A stretch of 64,000 nucleotides of DNA from the NCBI GenBank assembly GCA_963674755.2, contig CAXXVS010000001.1, positions 1,088,001 through 1,152,000 of the forward strand, given 5' to 3'. Shown in pieces: positions 39,369-46,985 of this stretch; positions within the stretch are counted from its first letter, which is position 1; every line of letters begins with the position of its first letter. Both the position numbers and the translations under genes were made by a program. The notes below the pieces were generated by a model. The model saw only the letters and a list, made by a program, of their open reading frames with translations. It was not told the DNA's origin and searched no databases. This stretch comes from Desulfobacterales bacterium. GTDB lineage: Bacteria > Desulfobacterota > Desulfobacteria > Desulfobacterales > UBA5852.

Positions 39369-40931
39369 TCAACGCACGGTCCATGCCGGCTTGTTGGCAG
39401 CGTCCCCCTCCTCTTCAGGCCCCTGGCGGGCCACCCTGAACATCAGGAACATCTCCACACAGATGAAAAGGCTGTAGAGCAGCACAAACCCGCCAAGTGA
39501 AAAGATCATATACGCCGGGCTGTGGCTCGAGGCCGCATTCCAGGTGGGAAGCATTCCGTAAACCGCCCAGGGCTGTCGTCCCATTTCGGCGGTGAGCCAT
39601 CCGGCTTCGGAGGCCATAAAAGGCACCGGTATCATCCAAAGCGCCGTCTTGAGCAGCCAGCGCTTCTCCTGCACCAGGTTCCGCAACGAGTAGTAGGCGG
39701 ACAGGATAAGCAGCGTCAGCATCGCAAAGCCTGCGCCAACCATCAAGCGGAAGGTCCAGAAGATGACCGGGACATAGGGCACCGAATCCCGGGCGGCCTG
39801 TTGGATATCGTCCGGCGTGGCCTTGGATACGTCCTGGTCCGGTGAGAAGCGCTGGAGCAGCATGGCGTAGCCCAGGTCCTCTTTATGGCGCTGGAATTGC
39901 TGCAAGGCCTGAGTGTCGCCAGGGGTGCCGCTCAGGGTTTTGAGGGCCTCCAGGGCCGGTATTCCGTTTTTGATCCGTTCCATGGACGCCGCCTGAATCT
40001 CCTTTATCCCGGGCAGCTTGTCGGTCAGCGTATGGGTGACCAGAGGGGTCAATACATAGGGAATCTTGAGCGCGAAAAGATTTCTTCTTTCTTCCTGGCT
40101 GGGAAACGCGATCAGATTGAAGCCCGCCGGCACCCCCTCGGTTTCCCATATGGCTTCCATGGCGGCGAGCTTGCCCGGCTGAACCTTGGCATCCAAATAG
40201 CCCAGGGCGTCGCCCAGGGTTATCACGGCGAAGATGGAAATGACGCCGAAAATCGACGCCAGGCGGAAGGAGCGTTGGGCCATCGCCAGATGCCGCCCTT
40301 TGAGCATGTACCAGGCGCTTATCCCCATCACGAAGAGGCTGGCCGTGGCATAGCCCGCCGCGGTGGTATGAACGAATTTGTTTTGGGCGTCCGGGTTGAA
40401 GATGAGGCTTGCAAAACTGTCCAGTTGCATCCGCAGCGTGAGCGGGTCGAAGTAGGCCCCCACCGGATTTTGCATGAAGCCGTTGGCCACCAGGATCCAC
40501 AGGGCCGACAGGTTGGCGCCCAATGCGGCCATATACGTGACGACCAGGTGGCTGAGTGCGCTGAGCCTTCGCCACCCGAAGATCATGAGCCCGACGAAAG
40601 TGGATTCCAGGAAAAAGGCCATCAGGCCCTCGATGGCCAGAGGGGCCCCGAAGATATCGCCCACATAGTGCGAATAAAATGACCAGTTGGTGCCGAACTC
40701 GAACTCCATGGTGAGCCCGGTTGCCACGCCAAGGGCGAAATTAATCCCGAACAATTTGCTCCAGAAGATCGTCATTTCTCTGTAGATGTCCTTTTTGGTG
40801 ATGAAATAGACGGTCTCCATGGCGGCAAGGATAAAGCCCATTCCCAGCGTCAGGGGTACAAACAGAAAATGGTAAAGGGCTGTGGCCGCAAACTGGAGGC
40901 GGGACAGGTCGACAACGGTGGTGGATATCAT
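39369..40931 (-). CDS. cydA: cytochrome bd ubiquinol oxidase subunit I (long Q-loop)
   Basis: SRLQFA..A.YHFLFVP, EFEFGTNW, EGLMAFFLE, KLAAME, EMGRQPW. Confidence 0.96.
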   Translation of the reverse strand: MISTTVVDLSRLQFAATALYHFLFVPLTLGMGFILAAMETVYFITKKDIYREMTIFWSKLFGINFALGVATGLTMEFEFGTNWSFYSHYVGDIFGAPLAIEGLMAFFLESTFVGLMIFGWRRLSALSHLVVTYMAALGANLSALWILVANGFMQNPVGAYFDPLTLRMQLDSFASLIFNPDAQNKFVHTTAAGYATASLFVMGISAWYMLKGRHLAMAQRSFRLASIFGVISIFAVITLGDALGYLDAKVQPGKLAAMEAIWETEGVPAGFNLIAFPSQEERRNLFALKIPYVLTPLVTHTLTDKLPGIKEIQAASMERIKNGIPALEALKTLSGTPGDTQALQQFQRHKEDLGYAMLLQRFSPDQDVSKATPDDIQQAARDSVPYVPVIFWTFRLMVGAGFAMLTLLILSAYYSLRNLVQEKRWLLKTALWMIPVPFMASEAGWLTAEMGRQPWAVYGMLPTWNAASSHSPAYMIFSLGGFVLLYSLFICVEMFLMFRVARQGPEEEGDAANKPAWTVR

Positions 40932-41522
40932 GGGGCTTTCCCATTAATGGGGGTTAATGAAGGAGTATTGGAATCCCGGTATGAAGAAACCCCTTAGAAA
41001 TTCTCAGCGACAGCAATTACCGTACGCTTTGGTTCCTCCGTGAGACGGGCCGCTTTTTTTTACAATCCGGGTTGTATTTTTTGTTGAGTACGCATTTCCC
41101 CTCCTGTCGATTTCTTCATTATAGGCTTAACTCAAACCACCCGTTAACAGACAATAGGGCCAATGGTGTATTTCTTTTTCCGCAGTCGCGTATTGCCTAT
41201 TTTTATCTGATTGATCGCTGAGATCTTCAAAAAAGTTGAGAAGGGTGTCTTTATCGAGGGCCGAGCAGGCGTATTATTCGCAGATGGCAAAAAAAAGATG
41301 GGTATTGGTCGATTTCGAGCTGCGCATCCTCGTGAAAAAGCGGGTGGGTTTATAGACTGGGTTTCATGACTGTCCAGGAGACAGTCATGAGTACGGTCCC
41401 TATGGTCTTGTGTCGTGGAAATCACACCATGTAGTGAGGATGTGATTTGGCTGATGTTATAACTATGGAAATATGAAAGATGGCCATCTTTCGCGAGCAA
41501 CTTGGCATCCTGCAATCTCCAC

Positions 41523-41550
41523 TTGACATGGTACTAAAAATTGGTACTAT
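41523..41550 (+). promoter_or_regulatory. hicAB-1 promoter/operator (leaderless)
   Basis: TTGACA-16-TACTAT ending 6 nt before ATG; near-palindrome GTACTAAAAATTGGTAC between -35 and -10. Confidence 0.6.
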
Positions 41551-41556
41551 AAGTCC

Positions 41557-41811
41557 ATGAAGCGCAAGCACCAAAAAACTTTGGATTCGATCTTTTCCCG
41601 TCCCACCAGTGGCAGTATCAAATGGGCGGACATCGAGGCCTTGTTTGTCGCGCTTGGCGCGGAATTGAGTGAGCGGGAGGGATCCCGCATAGGGGTGCGC
41701 TTGTTCGGAGAAAGGCGCGTATTCCACCGACCGCACCCCTCTCCGGCTACCGACAAGGGCGCGGTGGCCAGTATTCGCAACTGGCTGAAAGAAAATGGGG
41801 TGAAGCCATGA
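41557..41811 (+). CDS. hicA: HicA family toxin
   Basis: REGSR...FHRPHP motif; ATGA overlap with hicB. Confidence 0.88.
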   Translation: MKRKHQKTLDSIFSRPTSGSIKWADIEALFVALGAELSEREGSRIGVRLFGERRVFHRPHPSPATDKGAVASIRNWLKENGVKP

Positions 41812-42155
41812 TGAACATTATGGAAATCAACGGTTATCGGGCCATAATCAAATATGACCCTGAGATTGATATGTTTCGTGGGGAATTTCTTGATCTTAAC
41901 GGCGGCGCCGATTTTTACGCCAAAACCATTGAAGACCTGCACAAGGAAGCTAAAACATCGTTAAAGGTGTTTCTCGATATGTGCAAAGAGGATGGGGTTG
42001 CGCCACGAAAGAAATTTTCCGGCAAATTCAATCTGCGTGTCCCGCCCAAACTGCATGCCACGATCGTGGCCAGGGCCACGGCCGAGGGCAAGAGTCTGAA
42101 TCAATGGGTAACCGATCTGCTGAAGGAATATGCAGATGATCCGCCCAATGTTTGA
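41808..42155 (+). CDS. hicB: HicB family antitoxin (RHH C-terminus)
   Basis: FRGEFL.LNGGADF; SGKFNLRVP..LH...A...GKSLNQW. Confidence 0.9.
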   Translation: MMNIMEINGYRAIIKYDPEIDMFRGEFLDLNGGADFYAKTIEDLHKEAKTSLKVFLDMCKEDGVAPRKKFSGKFNLRVPPKLHATIVARATAEGKSLNQWVTDLLKEYADDPPNV

Positions 42156-42393
42156 AGATGTTGCAGCGCTCGATATCACAAACGACGATGCGGGGCGTCA
42201 GGAGTGTCTAAGTGGGAATGGCTTGGCATAGCGGAAAAGAAGAACGAGGTTTAAATTTTAGTAACGCAGAATTTCATGGACGACACCGTTCCCCAGCCTT
42301 GTGAAAAAACTGCTGGGCCTATAAGTGGATTCCTTAGCAGCCTAAGGGGCGGCAGTGATGAACGCGAGCTGGCCGAAACGAAAGGTCCAGCCT

Positions 42394-42452
42394 GCTCAAT
42401 GCCACGGCTCAGGCGCCGCTAATAGCAGTCGCTTGCAGCCGCTTTGTTCGGC
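42394..42452 (-). mobile_element. attC-like site (59 bp), degenerate R' box
   Basis: GCCGAAC-AAAGC-GGCT(G)CAAGCG(A)CTGCT-ATT-AGCGGCGCCTGAGCC-GTGGC-ATTGAGC immediately after the stop codon. Confidence 0.6.
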
Positions 42453-42454
42453 TC

Positions 42455-43195
42455 CTATATCCTCACTGATCCATAGTCTGTTGTGCCCAGATCCTTGTCC
42501 ATCAAAAACAGGAAATGGTGGGTATGGGGAGATATCTGCTTCGCCAAATCTCCTAATCCACCGATCGTAAACAGCCGACTTAGCGAACGAGTGAGTCGTT
42601 CACAATGGACTGTCAGTTTTCTATTGATCAGACAATGGATAGCTGTGCTTTGCTTTGGATTCGCTATACGTTCCACCCAATTCGGATCATCTTGCAGGAC
42701 TTCCATTTCGAGTTTTTGCCACTCTTCGTCCGGAGAGGGGCCTGGATCAGCGTCATCAAGAACAACATTGAGATTATAGTACCTTGCACTTTGAGCAAAC
42801 TGTGACATGATTTCGACAAGTCGTCTCAGCCTCTTGTCGTTTCGGAGGAATTCGATATCATGCTTGGCAGCAGGGATCTGTGAGAGGTATTCGTTGGAGA
42901 AGCAATCTTGGGTTATTCGCTTCAACAGCCATGTGAGATCATGAGTTGGATTCTTGCTACCGCTTTTCTTTGAAAGGGCACTTCGGTCAGGGAATTGACC
43001 TTTTATCTGCAGATAATGGCAGCATATCACTACCTTCATAAGTCTTTCCAGACCTGACGATAGCAAGAGAATTGGCATATGGAAAAAATCCGATTCTCCA
43101 TTCATCCGATTAAGTTCACGCAAGCCCGTTTTTACGAGCCTCATTGCTGTAAGTAGCTCTTCTCCGATCATTACATTTTGCATAATAGTTGGCAT
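42455..43195 (-). CDS. low-GC hypothetical protein, HEPN-like; probable integron gene cassette
   Basis: AT-rich; GLERLMK...THDL..L...ARY pattern reminiscent of HEPN; flanked by attC-like sites. Confidence 0.7.
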   Translation of the reverse strand: MPTIMQNVMIGEELLTAMRLVKTGLRELNRMNGESDFFHMPILLLSSGLERLMKVVICCHYLQIKGQFPDRSALSKKSGSKNPTHDLTWLLKRITQDCFSNEYLSQIPAAKHDIEFLRNDKRLRRLVEIMSQFAQSARYYNLNVVLDDADPGPSPDEEWQKLEMEVLQDDPNWVERIANPKQSTAIHCLINRKLTVHCERLTRSLSRLFTIGGLGDLAKQISPHTHHFLFLMDKDLGTTDYGSVRI

Positions 43196-43196
43196 C

Positions 43197-43257
43197 GTCT
43201 AACTACAAAACCGAACGGCTCGGGCGTCCAGGACGCCCATGATTTCATGCGTTAGCA
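43197..43257 (-). mobile_element. second attC-like site upstream of the cassette
   Basis: Minus strand TGCTAAC...GGGCGTCC-T-GGACGCCC...GTTAGAC, 1 nt before the ATG; matches GTTRRRY core. Confidence 0.45.
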
Positions 43258-43834
43258 TCTATCGAATGGTGTCCCGTCTTTGCGGCTTCCTTATCTCGCG
43301 GGGTGATATAGACGGCCGTTCATACTAATGGGGTCCTTTTACACCCGACACGCGAATCATCTTGTAAGCGTCGATAGAGGGGTTAGAACTTCTCCATGTC
43401 GGGTACGTTTTAACCCCATTGGTAAGTATCAGCATATAATTTTATGGCAACATGTGCGCAAGTTCCAAAGCGCGACATATTAGCAGAACGGTGACACTAA
43501 CACCGCGTTGTTCCGCATTGCACGGGTAAGGCAGGTCCGGCTTGGGGGATTATGCCAAAAACGCATACCAGAATTTCGTTATAAGGACAAGGACTTGCTG
43601 ATTGAGCAGTAGATGAAAACAGGGAGTTGGCTTGTTCGGAGAATGGCAAAAGGGCCGCGACCTTCACACCTGACATCCCTTTAATATGCACATCGATTAA
43701 GAGGCCTTCCGCATCGCCGGCTTGTTGAAAGCTATTCGTCTTTATTTTGGGGGTGTACGTAACTCAATAGGGCGAAATCAGCGCAGCGGTGTTCTATTCG
43801 ATAAGTTTCCTGACGCTGATGGGATTGGAAGGCA

Positions 43835-44257
43835 TCAATCGATTCTGCTTTCATTGATCACGATATCGGTGTACGGAGAAACGGCATAAAGTAGTTCATT
43901 TAATTTTTCGACGGTGGGCGTTGATTTGCCCTGCTCGTACCGGGCATACGCGTTGCGGGACGACATTCCCAAACGCTGGGCGACCTGGGCGAGTGAAAGG
44001 CCACTGCTTTCGCGTTTTCGCCTCAAAAGCAGGCTGATTAAGTGTTTCGGTTCTGTAGCACCGATTTCAAACGTTCCCTTCGGCCCTTTAAACACCTTGG
44101 CTTTAAATCCATCCTTATTGACCATCGTTTCGAGCATATCGGCGACCATTTCGTAGGCCTCTTTTTGGGTCCGCCCCTGGGTCATTAAATCCAGCATTGG
44201 GATTTCAGCCAACCAAAATTTATCGTCCTTATAAATTCTTCCCGTAAATCGCATCAT
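43835..44257 (-). CDS. HicB-like antitoxin with C-terminal Xre HTH
   Basis: WLAEIP.LDLMTQGRT..EA..M; SGLSLAQVAQRLG..SRNAYARYEQGK..PT. Confidence 0.82.
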   Translation of the reverse strand: MMRFTGRIYKDDKFWLAEIPMLDLMTQGRTQKEAYEMVADMLETMVNKDGFKAKVFKGPKGTFEIGATEPKHLISLLLRRKRESSGLSLAQVAQRLGMSSRNAYARYEQGKSTPTVEKLNELLYAVSPYTDIVINESRID

Positions 44258-44258
44258 T

Positions 44259-44432
44259 TTATCTCCGTCGTGCTTTGCGCAAAATTGAGCGGGCAAGCTT
44301 TTCATTAATTTCGTTATGCCTCGGGATGGGTTCTTGTCGGTCGCCGTTTGTCCAAATATCATGGTTCCCGCCGTGGCGCAGCAGCCACCATCCCAATTTT
44401 TTAAGCTCATCTTCCAAATTTTTTCTCTTCAT
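44259..44432 (-). CDS. HicA family toxin (57 aa)
   Basis: L...GW..LRHGGNHDIW......PIPRH.EI; leaderless promoter TTGACA-17-TACGTT at 44467-44439. Confidence 0.85.
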   Translation of the reverse strand: MKRKNLEDELKKLGWWLLRHGGNHDIWTNGDRQEPIPRHNEINEKLARSILRKARRR

Positions 44433-44676
44433 GGATAAAACGTACACGTATAAGTGTGCATTGTCAACCTGGATGTCAAGTGACATTAAGCGGCAGATGC
44501 TGAAGGACGCGGAGGTTATGCAAAACCGATGATGTGTTTAGGTCGGATAGGCAACGACGTTATGCGTTTGCCGCAACAATATGGCACATAGCATTTGTTG
44601 CACATTACGCTGTTCTGGCTCCGTTCGACTATATCTCTAAGAAAAATCCTAGTTTTGAAAAACCACTATGTGGCAT

Positions 44677-45078
44677 CTAGATCCGGGGGATAGGCGGGGA
44701 CGTGCTACAATTGATACTGTCTCCCTCCAACCATGCCAAGGCTTCGGTCATATCGAGAAAGATTTCCGAGCAGCAGCCGGCACATTCGGCATTGATACAG
44801 AACATGCGGCCTATGGCGTAGGTAAAGGAGCCGCGCTCGGCCACGAATACGATTTTTTTGAAGAGCTGATGGCGCTTCAAGTCGTAAACGATCGCTTCGA
44901 TCTCCTGGCCGGACAGGTCGACATGGGCTTCCCGGAGATCGACCATGAGATCGATCGGCAGGTGAAAACAGGGATCCGTCTTGATTTGATCCCAAGTGTC
45001 GAAGAAATCTTGGGCGGTGACGTCGCCCTGGGCCTTGAACATCAGCACATCATTTTTAATGAGGTGGGCAACAGGCAT
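44677..45078 (-). CDS. hypothetical protein (STAS/SEC14-like alpha/beta)
   Basis: LMVDLRE...KIVFVA...YAIGRMF...IF..MTEALAWL pattern. Confidence 0.6.
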   Translation of the reverse strand: MPVAHLIKNDVLMFKAQGDVTAQDFFDTWDQIKTDPCFHLPIDLMVDLREAHVDLSGQEIEAIVYDLKRHQLFKKIVFVAERGSFTYAIGRMFCINAECAGCCSEIFLDMTEALAWLEGDSINCSTSPPIPRI

Positions 45079-45350
45079 AAGGTTTGATATCGCTATCTGG
45101 GTGGCGGAATTGCCGGCTTGAGGTAATGATTAACAGAAAAAATGAACAATATCAACAACAGGGGAGTTGTGGTGATTTCCCGGAGGAACAAATGCGGAAC
45201 AATTGCCATGTAACCTTTGGCCCGAACCCTGGTCTGTAGTCGACAAGAGCCCGGCATCCGACGCGGGAGGTGGTCGTCCGACCGGCCGCCGGAAGCAGCG
45301 ATGCGGAAAACTTCCAACGACAATCAAATTTCCATAGAGGAGAACAGGGT

Positions 45351-45881
45351 ATGCGACAACGATGGAACCCTTATCTGGCCGGTGGTCTGGCCGGGATTGT
45401 GCTGGTGGCCTCCGTGGCAGTGGCCGGACACTACTTCGGCGCTTCGACGACTTTCGCCCGGGGAGCGGCGGCTATTGAACAGACCGTGGGCGTCGATACC
45501 GCGCAGTATGAATACTTTACCGCCAAAAACGGCAAATACGGCGCCGGATCGCTTCCCAACTGGCAGCTGCTCTTCGTTTTCGGGGTCGCTTTGGGAAGCC
45601 TGGGGGCGGCGTTGGCCTCCCGGACGTTTGAAATCAAAAAGGTGCCTGACATGTGGGCCGCCCGTTTCGGCGATCGTCCACTGTGGCGCAACCTGACTGC
45701 TTTTGCCGGCGGCCTGGTGCTCATCATCGGGGCCCGCCTGGCCGGCGGATGTCCCAGCGGCCATGGGTTGAGCGGATTGTCCCAACTGGCGGTGAGCGGT
45801 TTTGTGGCCCTGGCCTTTTTCTTCGTCGGCGGATGGCTGACAGCCAATTTACTCTATGCGAAGCGGGGAGGTCGCTCATGA
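45351..45881 (+). CDS. YeeE/YedE sulfur-compound transporter, subunit 1
   Basis: WNPYLAG, GARLAGGCPSGHGLSG; RBS GAGGAG. Confidence 0.88.
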   Translation: MRQRWNPYLAGGLAGIVLVASVAVAGHYFGASTTFARGAAAIEQTVGVDTAQYEYFTAKNGKYGAGSLPNWQLLFVFGVALGSLGAALASRTFEIKKVPDMWAARFGDRPLWRNLTAFAGGLVLIIGARLAGGCPSGHGLSGLSQLAVSGFVALAFFFVGGWLTANLLYAKRGGRS

Positions 45882-46402
45882 GTCTCATATATGGTTTGGT
45901 TTCGGGAATTCTTTTCGGCATCCTGCTGCAGCGGGCGGAAGTCCTGCGCTACGATCGCCAGGTGGGCGCCCTGCGGCTCCTGGACATGACGATTTTCAAA
46001 TTCATGCTGTCGGCGATCCTGGTGGCGTCGGTGGGCATTTATCTTCTGAAAGACATGGGACTGGCGGCGCTCAATATCAAGGCCACCGGATTGGGGGCCC
46101 AGATCGTGGGCGGCACCCTGTTCGGGATCGGCTGGGGACTCCTGGGCTACTGCCCGGGCACGGCCGGCGGGGCGCTGGCCGAAGGCCGCCTGGACGCCTT
46201 CTGGGGTCTGGCGGGCATGCTGGCGGGCGGCGGTATTTACGCGGCCCTCTATCCGACCTTCAAGGCCACCGTATTATCCTGGGGCAACCTGGGCAAGGTG
46301 ACGCTGCCCCAGGCGATGGGAGTTTCCCCTTGGATCGTGATCGTCACCATGGCCCTCTTGTTTTTGGCGATGTTCCGGCTGTTTGAGAAAAGGGGACTTT
46401 AA
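45878..46402 (+). CDS. YeeE/YedE sulfur-compound transporter, subunit 2
   Basis: GILFG..LQ, FGIGWGLLGYCPGT; ATGA overlap. Confidence 0.88.
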   Translation: MSLIYGLVSGILFGILLQRAEVLRYDRQVGALRLLDMTIFKFMLSAILVASVGIYLLKDMGLAALNIKATGLGAQIVGGTLFGIGWGLLGYCPGTAGGALAEGRLDAFWGLAGMLAGGGIYAALYPTFKATVLSWGNLGKVTLPQAMGVSPWIVIVTMALLFLAMFRLFEKRGL

Positions 46403-46407
46403 TATGG

Positions 46408-46705
46408 TCTAATTCCGTCAACTCTGGTGCAGGATCCGGAGAGGTTTTGCCGATCCTGGGTGCTTTCCAATAAAAAGTTTCTTCCTTTTCTTTCCCGTGA
46501 AAGAAAAGGAAGCCAAAAGAAACCGCCCGTGTCCCGCTCAACCCTGCGCGTCGTCGTGGCGGACGGAGCGCGCGGAAACTCGCTTTGCTCAAACCCGCCT
46601 GCGGCAAGCCTTCGGCGGACAAGCAGTCCGCGCGCTTTAATCCGTCCGCCCCGCCGATGCTCGGCGCGGGACAAAGGGAATAATGAAAACCATAAACCCA
46701 AAAAC
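46408..46705 (+). repeat. intergenic repeat family B, copy 1 (with 30-nt nested insert)
   Basis: Near-identical core to 51427-51695 (CTTTCCCGTGAAAGAAAAGGAAGCCAAAAGAAACCGCCCGTGTCCCGC...GGCGCGGGACAAAGGG). Confidence 0.88.
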
Positions 46706-46902
46706 CGACCCCTCTGCAACCGGCCGGCTACCTGACCATCATTCCCCGGTGGGGCCACCTTTCTGTATGATGGTGTCCCCTGACCGTCCTTTCCTCCCCG
46801 TCCGAGACGTTGACAACGACCGTTGGCGCCTGTCGGTCCTGCTTGATTCCCTGTCGTTTTCCGCCTAAACTGGCTGTCAGATACCAGGTTTGCCTTCATG
46901 GC

Positions 46903-46971
46903 GTGTCCGTCCAGCGATGGCATCTTTTGGCCCCGGCCGGAACTAACATCGACCACCTCTGGACCGATACT
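46903..46971. repeat. palindromic repeat family A, copy 6 (arms only)
   Basis: GTGTCCGTCCAGCGATGGCATCTTTTGGCCCCGG/CCGGAACTAACATCGACCACCTCTGGACCGATACT, adjacent to the next RBS. Confidence 0.7.
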
Positions 46972-46985
46972 GAGGAGACTTTATC

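Noticed and set aside
43260..43830. Possible decayed gene fragments or further attC sites in the island
   Set aside because: Frames are interrupted by stops and no family or complete R''-L''-L'-R' structure could be recognised by eye.
46399..46956. ORFs with sequence shared with 51211-51700 (e.g. EHRRGGRIKARGLL)
   Set aside because: These are translations of non-coding repeat family B, not paralogous genes.
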